Assembly (NCBI GenBank): GCA_038087875.1
Contig: JAXLNO010005841.1
Span: forward strand, 3,534,001 to 3,598,000
Direction of reading: 5' to 3'
Origin: Malacoraja senta
Taxonomy: Eukaryota
Length of the DNA: 64,000 bases
Shown: piece by piece, positions 1 through 13,157 of the stretch
Layout of the letters: every line of letters starts with the position of its first letter
Position numbering within the stretch: the stretch's first letter is position 1
The notes under the pieces: generated by a model
Seen by the model: only the letters and a program-made list of their open reading frames with translations
What the model was told of the DNA's origin: nothing
The model's database searches: none
Program-made: the position numbers and the translations under genes

Positions 1-5
1 CCAAG
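1..5 (+). CDS. 3' end of the signal-peptide exon of MAG/Siglec-like gene copy 1
   Basis: CCAAG|GTAAAA is identical to 61412-61422, where the full exon (MIWQYCFPLLLLQ-G, phase-1 donor) is visible. Confidence 0.75.
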
Positions 6-613
6 GTAAAATCGGCAACGTTTCGCATGGATTGCTTACATCCCTGGCAAATTATAATAGTGATACGATGGGGCTAATGTCAACATGGACGCAGTGTGGT
101 AACGCACACGAGTCGTCCATCACCGTTGAGGCCACGGAGTCAATTAGTTCAACATCTCAATTGTCGGAATCATCGTCTCTCATCCATCCTTCGCCAACCG
201 CAGTTGCACTGGACACGTTTTGTGTACAGAGAAGGGCGGGTGCCTGGAATGCACAGCTGGAGTAGTGGTGGAGGGAGATACGATAGTTGCAATTAAAATT
301 ATTTTGAATAGGTCCACAGGTATATGCAGCGAATGGTGTGATATGATTTATGAGTAGGCGGAGGAGATTGATGTGGCATCATGTTCGGCATCGTTGGGGC
401 AGCGATCTCGGATATTTGCAGGGGAGAATGTTGTGGATAAAGAAACAATCTTCTGGATTTCCCAGCGGATCAGGCAACCATTGTGCAGAGAAATGACCAA
501 ACGACGTTCCGGGTCGAGGCCCTTCACGCGTCAGAGTGAGTGGAAGGGAGATAAGAAGTATAAGATGTAGGCGAGATATGATTGATTGATTGATTGATTC
601 ATAGATTCATTGT

Positions 614-1742
614 TGATGAGGGAGGAGTTGGCCAAAGTTGACTGGAAAGATACTGTAGCAGGGATGACAGTGGAACAACAATGGAGGTATTTCGAGGAAT
701 AATACAGAAGGTGCAGGATCAGTTCATTCCAAAGAGGAAGAAAGATTCCAAGGGGAGTAAGGGGCGACCGTGGCTGACAAGGGACGTCAGGGACAGTACA
801 AATATATAAGAGAAGAAGTACAATGTAGCAAAGATGAGCGGGAAGCAAGAGGATTGGGTAATGTTTTAAGAGCAACAGAAGATAACTGAAAAGACAATAC
901 GGGGAGAAAAGATGAGGTACGTAGGTAAGCTAGCCAAGAATATAAAGGAGGATAGTAAAAGCTTCTTTAGGTATGTGAAAAGGAAAAACATAGTTAAGAC
1001 CAAAGTTGGACGATTGAAGACTGAAAAGGGTGAATTTATTATGGGGCATAAGGAAATGGCAGATTAGTCGAACAGGTACTTTGGATCCCTCTTCACTAAG
1101 GAGGACACAAACAATCTTCCTGAAGTACTAGTGTCCAGAGGATCGGGGGTGATAGAGGATCTGAAGGACATCCACATTAGGCTGGAAATGGTGTTGAGTG
1201 GACTGATGGGACTGAAGGCTGATAAATCCCCAGGGACTGATGGTCTGCATCCCAGGGTACTTAAGGATGTGACTCCATAAATCGTGGATGCATTGGTGAT
1301 AATTTTCCAATGTTCTAAAGATTCAGGATCCGTTCCTGTGGATTGGATGGTAGAAAACAGGGAATTATAGACCAGTTCGCCTGACATCGGTGGTGGGGAA
1401 GATGCTGCAGTCAATTATTAAAGATGAAATAGCGGCACATTTGGATAGCAGTAACAGGCTCGGTATGAGTCAGCATGGATTTACGAATGGGAAATCATGC
1501 TTGACTAATCTTCTGGAATTTTTTGAGGATGTGACTAGGGAAATGGACAAGGGAGAGCCAGTGGATGAGGTGTACCTGGACTTTCAGAAAGCATTTGATA
1601 CGGTCCTATATAGGGGATTAGTGAGCAGAATTAGGGCACATTTTATTGGGGGTAGAGTGCTGACATGCATAGACAATTGGTTGGCTGTCAGGAAACAAAG
1701 TATAGGGATTATCGGGTCTCTGCTTTGTAGGCAGTGACTAGT
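614..1742 (+). mobile_element. CR1-clade LINE ORF2 fragment (decayed)
   Basis: KSPGTDGLHPRVL, QHGF..GKSCLTNLLEFFE, YLDFQKAFD. Confidence 0.9.
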
Positions 1743-1745
1743 TTG

Positions 1746-3505
1746 GTACTACTCCAGAATCTAAGGAGTTTTGAAAAATTATCAAATGCATCCACTATTT
1801 CTGGGGCTACTTCCGTAAGTACTCTGGGATGCAGCCTATCTGGCCCTGGGGATTTATCGGACTTTAATCCATTCAATTTACCTAACACCACTTCCCGGCT
1901 AACCTGGATTTCACTCAGTTCCTCTATCTCATTTGGCCCGCGGTCCCCTGCTATTTCTGGCAGATTATTTATGTCTTCCTCAGTGAAGACAGAACCAAAG
2001 CAGTTCTTAAATTGGTCTGCCATGTCCTTGTTCCCCATGATCAATTCACCTGTTTCTGACTGCAAGCGATCTACATTTGTTTTAACTAATCCTTTTCTCT
2101 TCACATATCTATAAAAACCTTTGCAGTCAATTTTTATGTTCCCTGCCAGTTTTCTTTCATAATCCATTTTCCCTTTCCTAATTAAGCCCTTTGTCCTCCT
2201 CTGCTGGACTCTGAATTTCTCGCAGTCCTCTGGTAGGCTGCTTTTTCGGGCTAATTTGTACGCTTCATCTTTTGTTTTGATACCATCCCTGATTTCCCTT
2301 GTTATCCACGGATGCACTACCTTCCCTGATTTATTCTTTTGTCAAACTGGGATGAACAATTGTTGTAGTTCATCCATGCAATCTTTAAATGCCTTCCATT
2401 GCATATCCACCGTCAACCCTCTAAGAATCAATTGCCAGTCTATCTTGGCCAATTCACGTCTCATACCCTCAAAGTTACCTTTGTTTAAGTTCAGAACCCT
2501 TGTTTCAGAATTAGCAATGTCACTCTCCATCCTAATTAAGAACTCAACAATATTATGGTCACTCTTGCCCAAGGAGCCACGCACAACAAGACTGCTAACT
2601 AACCCTTCCTCATTTCACAATACCCAGTCTAGAATAGCCTGCTCTCTCGTTGGTTCCTCTGCATGTTGGTATAGAAAACTATCCCGCATACATTCCAAGA
2701 AATCCTCTTCCTCAGCACCCCTGCCAATTTGATTCACCCTATCTATATGTAGATTGAAGTCACCCATTATAACTGTTTTACCTTTGTTGCACGCATTTCT
2801 AATTTCCTGTTTGATGACATCCCCAACTCCTGTTAGGTGGCCTGTACACAACACCCACTAGCGTTTTCTGCCCCTTAGTGTTTCGCAGCTCTACCAATAT
2901 CGATTCCACATCCCCCAAGCTAATGTCTTTCCTTTCCATTGCGTTAATCTCCTCTCTAACCAGCAACGCTACCCCACCTCCTTTTCCTTTCTGTCTATCC
3001 CTCCTGAATATTGAATATCCCTGGATGTTCAGCTCCCAGCCTTGGTCACCCTGGAGCCATGTCTCCGTGATCCCAACTATATCATACTCATTAATAGCTA
3101 TCTGCACATTCAACTCATCCACCTTATTACGAATGCTCCTTGTATTGAGACACAAAGCCTCCAGGCTTGTTTTTACAACGCTCTTACCCCTTATACAATT
3201 ACGTTGAAAAGTAGCCCTTTTTGATTTTTGCCCTGGATTTGTCTGCCTGCACTTTTACTTTTCCCCTTGCTACCTATTGCTTCTACCCTCATTTTACACC
3301 CCTCTGTTTCTCTGCTCACACATTTACGAAACCCACCAACTCTTATTCTCTGTTTATTATTTTGTTCTTCTTTCACCCCTACATGTTGGGTCTGAGTGCT
3401 TCCCTTCTCTGCCTCGTGCCTCACACACTGTCTACTAGCTTTCTCTATTTGAGTCCCTCCCCCCAACCGTTCTAGTTTAAACTCTCCCCAGTAGCCTTTG
3501 CAAAT
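1746..3505 (-). mobile_element. CR1-clade LINE fragment (end of ORF1 plus ORF2 endonuclease)
   Basis: CLNTRSIRNK..GITETWL..GGGVALLV, MGDFN, SDHN motifs; frameshifted. Confidence 0.92.
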
Positions 3506-4025
3506 CTCCCCACCAGAATAATAGTTTATGCGACGTTGTATAGTCCCTGCGTAGCCTACTTCCTCTGTCGTTTCGGACACCCACCACGCCAAAGAAGTAT
3601 TGGTTAATTGCCTTCTGTAAAATTGGAAATTGTCCCTACTGTGTAGGATACTGTTAGTGTGCGGGAATCGTTGGTCGGAGCGGATAGAGACGGCCTAAGG
3701 GCCTTTTTCCGCTCTGTATCTAAACTAAACTAAACTAAACGTAACATTTTTGGGGGAAAAGGCACCCCTAGGATTCATATTAAATGTTCCCCCTTCACCT
3801 TCAACCTATGAAAGTAGAAATGTGATTTACTGATTTTTTTTTAAATTAAGCCATGTTGTAGCTATGTAATTGTATAAAATGTGCAGCAGGTCAGAATTTT
3901 ATTTTTTCTGTTGGCGGTAGCAATGACTTACCTGGAATCATTCCAGTAGATTGCCTTTTGCTGTTTTAGTGGTTCCTGCCGCACCATTTAACACTGTCGT
4001 CAACTTATCTGCTCCACCATTGCAG

Positions 4026-4382
4026 GCGTCCAGCCGGGAGAGTGGACCATGCAGGCGCTGCCCCACCGTGCCATCAGGAAGTCTTGCGTGGTGATACCCT
4101 GTACGTTCGACTTCCCTTCGCGTCCTTACACCGCCATCCACGGAGCGTGGTTCAAGTACTGGGACCACTGGAAGTACACGGTGTCTTACTCCAGAGATCC
4201 CAACTACGGGATGGCCGGATTCAAGGGGCGGGCTGAAATCGTTGGTAACCTGGAAGAGAAAGACTGCTCGCTGAGGATCAATCACCTCAGATCCGAAGAC
4301 TCTGATGTGTATTACTTCTACGTGGAACTGGACGGCTTTGATACTTACACCTACAAACCCCCCGTCCATCTGCACGTTCTGG
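4026..4382 (+). CDS. MAG/Siglec-like gene, V-set Ig exon (D1)
   Basis: ttgcAG acceptor, G|GTGAGG donor, phase 1-1, 357 nt. GVQPGEWTMQ..SCVVIPCTFDFP..HGAWF..FKGRAEIVGNLEEKDCSLRINHL..DSDVYYFYVELDGFDTYTY: Siglec CxxxxC B-strand pattern and E-strand Cys, closely like MAG D1 (CVSIPCRFDFP...YYFRGDLGGYNQYTF). Confidence 0.9.
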
Positions 4383-5462
4383 GTGAGGCCCCTTCAAAGT
4401 TTGCCTCCGCTGTGCGCACGTACTTCAGAGTTGGTTTCGCTCCGTTTTGAAATTTCGTTTCTCAGTCCTTTCTCAGTCCCGCGCTTTATGAACGGGCGCA
4501 GGAGGTTTGCAGCCTTGGGGAATTGCACAGCAATGTGAATACGTATTGGGACAGCGACAGTACAGAGGGCGAAACGTTCAATGAGAGAGAGGTGCCAGTA
4601 ACGGCTTGGCGTCCAACAAGCGTGGTTCTAGCGAGTGGTAGAGTTGCTGCGTCATAGCGCCAAAGACAGGGGTTCCATCTTGTCTACGGGTGTTTTCTAC
4701 GTGATTTTTGCACGTTCTCCCTGGGAATAGGTGGGATTTCGTGGGGTGCTACGGTTTTCTGCCGCACTCCTCAGACGTACATATTTGCAGGTTAATTGGC
4801 CGAATAGGCAGGGAGGTAAAAAAAACGTTGAAAGCCCCCTGGTGAAATCCGTCGGTGGAACTGCAGTGATTCCTAGGACCTTACACTGTGGAATGTTGGA
4901 GCCATGGCGATTTGTCCTCGGCGACACTCTTAATAAATGGGATTAGTACATATAGAGAATAGGTAGATAGATAGATCGTTGGATAGATGGGTGGGTAGAT
5001 GTTTCGGTAGGTGGATAGATAGACGGATGGGGATGGATGGGTGGAGTGGTGGGGGACATATGGGTGGACGGATGGTGGTCAGGTGGTGGACAGATGGGTG
5101 GATCATGGATGGACAGGTGAATTTTTTAATGATCTTATAATCATAGTATGCCCCACTCTCTTGGGCAGATAAGTGGCTACAGATGGTGGATTCCAGAGCA
5201 ATAGCTGGAGTGACTGCGAGCAACATCAATGGAGTCAAAATGATGGTGGACAATTTGGGTTGAGATTGTGCCTTCCATACCATCTCTTTCCCTCCACAAA
5301 TGCTGCTCAGCATGTTGTGTTCCTTCATCAGTGTGTTCTTGGCTCCCTCCAAGGCAGTGCGTTCTGGACTAACAACAGTTTGAGTCTAAAATATAACTCG
5401 CATGACCACCCCCTCCCACTTCAGACCTACACGTTGTTTCACTAAATCTTTCCAATCTCCAG

Positions 5463-5753
5463 ATGTACCTGATCAACCCGAGATTTTAATCCCGGGAACT
5501 CTCACAGAAGGGACTCCGGTGAATATCATCTGCAAAGCCCTCTACACATGTCCCGATCAACGCCCATCCCTCACCTGGAGTGAGCTGCCAGATTCCACCA
5601 TCATTGTGCTTGTGGAGAAAAGGAAGGGTGAAATTTCCACTGTCTTGACTTTTACTCCTTCCGTCGCTCATCACGGTCAAACGGTTCGCTGTACGGTTGA
5701 CTACTTTGATACGAGTCACAGACTGGCAAACTCCGTTACCCTGAATGTAGCAT
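5463..5753 (+). CDS. MAG/Siglec-like gene, C2-set Ig exon (D2)
   Basis: ctccAG acceptor, T|GTAAGT donor, 291 nt phase 1-1. DVPDQPEILIPGTLTEGTPVNIICKALYTCPDQRPSLTW..LTFTPSVAHHGQTVRCTV: includes the extra Cys of Siglec D2 (CxxxxxCP). Confidence 0.9.
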
Positions 5754-6254
5754 GTAAGTATTTTTAAAATAAATTATTATAGTCAAAGAGTCACCGATCC
5801 GTGCAGCAGAGAAACGGAACATTCCTTCCACCTTATCCATGGGATCTAGTTGGCTTTCTTTGGGCGTCGCGTCTACCTGCATTTGGGCCCTATCCCTCGA
5901 AATACTTCCCATCCATATATCTGCAAAGCCGTATTTGGAAAGTTATAATTGTCGTTCATAGCTTCCGCAGGCAAAGAGCTTCAGATACGGATTACAATCT
6001 GCGATCCTCCATTTTAGAATCTTCTTCCAGAGGTTCAATTTATGCGTGCTCTTGTACACGAAAAATAAAATCACCCGTCAGCCTCCTGCGTTCTGAAGAC
6101 AAAATGGCCAAGTATGGCCAGTCTACCTCCATAATCCAACCCGTTACACGCAATGGACATCCCGAGTGAATCCCTTCTGCATATATTTTCCATCGTAATT
6201 ATATCCTTCAATTTTTGGACGAAAGCTCTCGCTGGGGCACATCAGCGCCATGAT

Positions 6255-6860
6255 GAGCATTTATATCAAGAGGATTGGAATAAAATAAGAGATATGTAAC
6301 GCTGAGGCTCTATAAGGCGGTGTTCAGGCCCCCTTTGGAGTACTGAGAGAACATTTGAGCCCATTATCTAAAAAGGATGCGCTGGCTCTAGAAGGTCCAG
6401 AGGAGGTTTACAAGAATGATTCCTGGATAGGTGGGATAGCATGTGATGAGCGTTTGACAGCACTGGGCCTCTACACGCTGGAGTTTAGAAGGTTGAGGGG
6501 GTTCCTCATTGGAACTTACAGAATAATGGAAGACATGTACAGTGTACAGGATGTTGCCACTGGTGGGAGAGTCTAAGACCACAGGTCATAGCCTCAGAAT
6601 TAAAGGCGTTCTTTTAGAAATGATGTGAGGAGGAACATCTTTAGTTAGAAGGTAGTTAATCTGTGGAACTCATTACCACAGAGGGCCGTGGAGGCCAAGT
6701 CGGTGGATATTTGTGAGGCAGAGGTAGATATTCTTGATTAGAACGGGAGTAAATGGTTATGGGGAGAAGCCAGGAAAATGGGATTAGATCAGCCATGATT
6801 GAATGGCGGAGTACATTCGACGGGCGAATGGCCTAATTGTACTCCAATAACATGTGCACT
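6255..6860 (+). mobile_element. CR1 3' end, decayed
   Basis: LGLYTLEFRRLRG..I..Y; CR1-type 3'UTR. Confidence 0.75.
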
Positions 6861-9106
6861 TATGACAGCTGCATCGTGGTATCCCAAATGTTGTCGTCAA
6901 TATCATTCCAAATGCGGTCAATCATACCAAACGCCTCTTGCCATTCTATCCACATAAAAAAAAACTTTCAGGGAACTGCGCTCCAATTCCTATACCGGGA
7001 ACGTGCACTCCACATCTTGTCCGTGCACTCCACATCTTGTTCTCTATTCTGTTGCACTGTGAGAGAATCTGCAAATCCGGCCCTGGCTTTACATATGAAA
7101 TTGAAACAGCTAACACTTGCCAGAGTATTATCTGTATTGTGAACATCATTCCTTCAAAGAGGGCATCACAAAGGAAAAGCAAGTTACGTGAATATGGCAC
7201 AGTTGATGAAAAAATAAATCCGTTGGTTTAAATTGATATCCATTTGAGGGACAGCATTTCATATTTCGCTTGGGCAGCTTGCAACCCAGTGGTATGAATA
7301 CTGATTTAACTAACTTCAAGAAACCCTTGCAATCCCTCTCTCTCCATCACTCCCCCACTCAAGTCGCATAGGTTTCCCGTTCTCACCAAGCAAGCAGCTA
7401 ACAATGGCATGTTTCCATTAACATTGTAACCTTTTTATATATCTTTCATTCATTTGACCAATATCTCTCTACATCATCTTTGTAGACTCAACTCAAAATC
7501 AATTATCAGTACTTCACACCCAGGCAGTTAAAAGGAAAGCCAACCTCATTACACAGGATCCCACCCACCCCTGCACAAGTCCTTCCAACTTCTGCCATCA
7601 GGCCGCCGATATAAAGTCCCACTATCTAAGAAAAACATTCACAAAAACTCATTCATACCCATTGCCATAAACAGCTTAAATAAAAAATGAACAATGGACA
7701 AATTAATCCTGACGCACTGTCACTTTACACGTATCTACAACTTTCATCTTGTCTATTTTTACAGTTTTTAATCCTTATAATTGCTTTTAAGATCTATACA
7801 CACGGTGTGTGCTCGCAGAAATCTGTGTTGTATGAATGCTTATCAGTACATTGTCCTGTTTGTATGTTGAGCCACGCCAAAGAAGATTTTCTGTTACGAC
7901 AGACAATAACGTTTTCTGAATCTGAATCTGAATTTATCATTGTCTATATCTCTGGTTTCCCTTTCCCCTAACTAGTTTGAAGAAGGGTCTCGACCCGAAA
8001 CGGCACCCATTCCTTCTCTCCAGTGATGCTTGTAGTCCCACTGAATTACTCAAACATTTTCTGTCCATCATCTGGTTAAACCAGCATCTGCAGTTCCTTT
8101 CTACCCTTTGATTATACGGCTGCTCTTGGAAGAATGTGCATATCTCCCGTCCTTGTGGTCTTTGATTAGATCATAGTCAGCGCAGTACATTTTTTTTTTA
8201 AATGTCATATATCATGGTTAGACCACACCAAAGTACCGGACACGGATAGAATACACGGATTGTCGTGGATGAAGCTAGAGTCATACAGCCCGTTCGGCAC
8301 AACTTACCCCTATCTACAATGATGGTTCACCTATCCCAGTTCCACCTGCCTGCATTTACCCCTTAATCCTCTAAACCTTTCCTATCTATCTACCTGTCAA
8401 AATGCCTTTTATATGTTGCTCTAATTTCTGCCACAACGAATTCTTGCGGTCGCTCGTTCATTACACCTACCATCCAATATGTAAACAGTTGTGCATCAGT
8501 TTCCTATTATTTTCTTCCCCTTTCACATTAAACGTACCTTCTCTGGTTCGTGTACCCTTACTTAGGAGAAGGGACTCAGTGCATTTACTCTATCTATTCC
8601 CCACATGATCGTTCTCACAGGTATAAGATCATCCCTCGTTCCCCTTTGCTCCAAGGAACGTAGTCCTAACTTGCCGAACCTTTCCTTTTTCACACATGCA
8701 ATATAGTCCTGGCAATATACTTGTAAATCGTCTCTATATTCTTTCTAGGTTCACAACATCTTCCTTTAGCAGTGTGACCATAATTAAACAGTTCCGGAAA
8801 TGCGGCTGCACCAATATTTTGCACATGTATAACATAGCATCATAACTTCTAGAGTCATAACCCAAACCGATGAAGGCCAATGTACCGAAAGCCTTATTGA
8901 CCAACGTAAATACCAGTGACGGCACGTTTATTTAACTATATACCTGCACTCCTTTTGACGAAGACATTGTCCAGCACCCTGCCTTTTACTGTGTAGGTCT
9001 TGCCCTGGTTTGATTTACCAAAATGCAACACCTCGCATTTATCTGCATTGTATATCATTAAAGATTCATCTGCCCACTTGCCCAAATGATCAAGTTTCTG
9101 CTGTAG

Positions 9107-9972
9107 TCTATTTATTACTAAAACTCTCATCTTGTTTGTGATTCTGTGTGCGTGCGTGTCTGTGTGCGTGTCAAAGAGCTCCAGGAACTACGCCAAAACG
9201 GTACACAATAGCGCTGCAAATTTTGTACCACCTCACTCACAATTGTCTTGTGGTGTGTTTTTTTAAAATCAAGTTTCGTTCAGAGTTATGATATATTTTA
9301 CAAGTTATTCACTTTTTAACTTCATAAAATCCAGTTTGAGGAATAATCAGTTGAACTTGTTGTGGCAGTTGCAGTGGCAGTTAGCAGCTAGGACGTCACA
9401 ATGGGATCTCATTTACACAAATTGCCCGTGAGCAGTGCGTCCCCCGACAATTACATCACAATGGGACATAATTTACATTAACTGCCCATCATCAGTGTTC
9501 CACCCAGTGCAGTAAGAGATTTGTTACATTGTTGCTATGAGACGGAGGGAGTGGGGGAGGGAAGGAGGAGAAATGTCGGATACGGGAGAGGTGATGAGTG
9601 GGGGAGCAGGGTGATAGAGGGAGAGGAGGGGGATAGGGAGAGGAGAGGGGTTATGGAGGGATGGAGGGAGAGAGTGACTGAGGGTAGGGGAAATGAGAGG
9701 GAGGGAGAGGTGACGGGGTGGAGCAGGAGATGAGGAGAGGGGAGGGGATAGAAGAGGAAGGGTGAAGAGGAGGGGGTTAGTGTTGGTGGATGAGGGGAAA
9801 CGAGCCGTACCTGCGCATTTTGGGGCTATGCGTGAGTGGTGGAATACTGCATTGGGGAACGGGTTGCGTTGGGGGAACGGGTTTGTGGTGGAAACGGGCT
9901 GCATTGGGGGTGGGATGACTGGTGAAATATTGCTTTGGGGGAACGGGGCCCAACGGGTCCCACTTGGTCTAG
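9107..9972 (+). mobile_element. Non-autonomous Helitron-like element
   Basis: 5' TC, 3' CTAG followed by T, GC hairpin GGGGCCC-AAC-GGGTCCC about 11 bp before the end; related to 54409-55173. Confidence 0.6.
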
Positions 9973-10727
9973 TTTTTTAATAAATATCTTGGTTATCTAT
10001 GATATAACATTGGTACAGTGATATCCCCAAACTTACTGATCAGACCTCCTATATTCCCATCAGATAGAAAACACTGCTCAGATCACAACTGACGTGTCAT
10101 TGTGCCGTTTTGCTGGAAAGTGTACAGGATGGAATTACGAGAATGATCCCACGACTTGAGGGCCTGCGTTACAGACAAAGGTTGTGCATGCTAGGACTTT
10201 ATTTTTTGGAGCGCAGCAAGATAGCAATATTTAGATTTAGAACCTGAGGGGCAACATACTCTCTCTCTGAGAGTCCTGATTTTGGACACTTGGAATATTC
10301 TGGTACGCTTTATCGATTGGAAAATGTCCTTGCGATTATGACAGAGTTACCCCGTTGAACAGGCCAAACCTTTGCGACGAATGTCCTTCTATAATAGGGA
10401 GCTGATGATATATTTCCAAAGTGATGTGGGACGCAAGTAAAATGTGGGAGCTACCCTCCCTTGCGTCCGAATCCTCGGTCAATATTGGCGGTAGAAGACG
10501 TAGCTTGCGGTCTCAGTAGGTAACAGCTTACATGCTATAAGAGGTTGTTTGTGTGAACATAAATGACTGTTGTCCGAGGCAGGGTCGGTGTTTGGCTGGT
10601 GGATATTGTGGCAGTTAACTGGGCTGCTTGTTTTCGTCGGTTGGCGTTTGCCAGACACGCGTCACGCAGGAGACGATAGGTTTCCATTTCTATCCCGCTA
10701 ACATGCTGATGATGTTCTGTTTCCAAG

Positions 10728-10988
10728 ATTCCCCCCGGAACACGGTGGTCGAGTGGAACTTCAAAGAAGCCAAAACGATTTCCCTGCGTTGTTCCACTGA
10801 CGCCAACCCCAGTGCCACCAGTTTCTCCTGGTTCAAGGTCACCCGTGGCGTTGAGACTGATCTAAGGCGGGAAATTCAAAATATCACCGTTCACCTTGAT
10901 TCGGAAAAGGCAAATACATCCTACAGCTGCACGGCGACAAACGCTCTTGGGAGCTCACGTTCCGCGCCCGTGCGAGTCCGCAGTCAGC
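10728..10988 (+). CDS. MAG/Siglec-like gene, C2/I-set Ig exon (D3)
   Basis: ttccaAG acceptor, C|GTGAGT donor, 261 nt phase 1-1. YSPRNT..LRCSTDANP..FSWFK..SYSCTATNALGS. Confidence 0.9.
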
Positions 10989-11546
10989 GTGAGTATTTGT
11001 TGTGATCGGATGACCGAGCCATTGGCTACTTGGTATCTGAGATGAGGACTACCTCCGATTAATGTCTATTTCCGCAATTCATTTTATTCCACATTCGCAT
11101 CAACGCTTAGGTTTCCACTAGATGTTAAATGAGTAGCAGGATCTGGACCCTTGATGAAACTGTAAGCACATTAAATTGTAATTCGCGTACATGGGCAATT
11201 GATGGTCGGCATGCGTTTGCTCGGCCAAATGGCCTGGTTCATTGTTCCATATCCCTGTTGTACAATTATGCCCAGATTACACCACTCATCTATGCGTCGG
11301 AGGCGACCTACACCGTCCAATTAACCTATTACACAACATGTTTATGGGTTGGTGTAACTTAACAGATCCGGCAGTATATTTGGAGAAAGGATAACCGACG
11401 TTTCGGGCCGGGAACACTTCTTCAACGATTGTAGTGAGTACATGGGAGAGAAAGCTGAAAAAGAGGCGGGGCAGAGCGAGTCAGATTGATGCTGCCGCAT
11501 AGATGCTGCTCGAACAAATCCTTCTTGACCAAGTCAGATTGATTAT

Positions 11547-13052
11547 AGAAACATAGAAACGTAGAAAATAGGTGCAGGAGAAGGCCATTCGGCCCTTCGA
11601 GACTGCACCGCCATTCAATATGATCATGGCTGATCATCCAACTCAGTATCCTGTACCTGCCTTCTCTCCATACCCCCTGATACATTTACCCACAAGGGCC
11701 ACATCTAACTCCCTCTTAAATATAGCCAATGAACTTGCCTCAACTACCTTCTGTGGCAGAGAATTCGAGAGATTCACCACTCCCTGTGTGAAAAATATTT
11801 TTCTCATCTCGGTCCTAAAAGATCTCCCCTTTATCCTTAAACTGTGACCCCTTGTTCTGGACTTCCCCAACATCGGGAACAATCTTCCTGCATCTAGCCT
11901 GTACAACCCCTTAAAATTTTTGTAAGTTTCTATAAGATCCGCCCTCAATCTTCTAAATTCTAGCGAGTACAAGGCAAGTCTATCCAGTCTTTCTTCATAT
12001 GAAAGTCCTGACATCCCATGTATCACCGGGGAACCTTCTCTGTACTCCCTCTATGGCAATAATGTCTTTCCTCAGATTAGGAAACCACAACTGTACGCAA
12101 TACTCCAGGTGTGGTCTCACCGAAACCCTGTACAAATGCAGTAGAACCTCCCTGCTCCTATACTCACATCTTTTTGCTATGAATGCTAACATACCATTCG
12201 CTTTCTTCACTGCCTGCTGCACCTGCATGCCTACTTTCAATGACTGGTGTACCATGACACCCAGGTCTCGTTGCATCTCCCCTTTTCCTAATCGGCCACC
12301 ATTCAGATAATAGTCTACTTTCCTGTTTTTGCCACCAAAGTTGATACCCTCACATTTATCCACATTATACTGCATCTGCCATGCATTTGCCCACTCACCC
12401 AGCCTATCCAAGTCACCTTGCAGCCTCCTAGCGTCCTCCTCACAGCTAACACTGCCCCCCAGCTTCGTGTCATCCGCAAACTTGGAGATGTAGCATTCAA
12501 TTCCCTCGTCTAAATCATTAATATATATTGTAAATAGCTGGGGTCCCAGCACTGACCCTTGCGGTACCCCACTAGTCATTACCTGCCATTCTGAAAAGGA
12601 CCCGTTTACTCCTACACTTTGCTTCCTGCCTGCCAGTCAGTCTCTATCCACATCAATACTGAACCCCCAATACCATGTGCTTTAAGTTTGTATACTAATC
12701 TGTTATGTGGGACCATGTCGAAAGCCTTCTGAAAGTCCAGCTATAACACATCCACTGGTTCTCCCTTATCCACTCTACTAGGTACATCCTCGAAAAATTC
12801 TATAAGATTCGCCAGACATCATTTACCTTTCATAAATCCATGCTGACTTTGTCCAATGATTTCACCACTTTCCAAATGTGCTGCTATCCCATTTTTAATA
12901 ACTGACTCTAGCAGTTTCCCCACTACCGATGTTAGACTAACTGGTCTGTAATTCCCCGTTTCCTCTCTCCCTCCCTTTTTAAAAAGTGTGGTTACATTAG
13001 CTACCCTCCAATCTTTAGCAACTACTCCAGAATCTAAAGAGTTTTGAAAAAT
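11547..13052 (-). mobile_element. CR1 LINE 3' portion (RT plus 3'UTR tail)
   Basis: SGVPQGSVLGP, KFADDTKL, RPHLEYCVQ; (CTATGTTT)-like tail. Confidence 0.95.
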
Positions 13053-13157
13053 TATAGTACGGTGGAGACATCTGGAGGATTGTTGATGGGGGGGGGGGGG
13101 GGGTGAGGAGGAGATCACATTGATTGGTCAGCATCTACAGTCCCTTTCATTAGGATT

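Noticed and set aside
32-265. Ser/Thr-rich mucin-like ORF (also 61293-61676)
   Set aside because: Lies in the intron right after the signal-exon donor and runs into LINE-like sequence; only the MIWQYCFPLLLLQ part is supported
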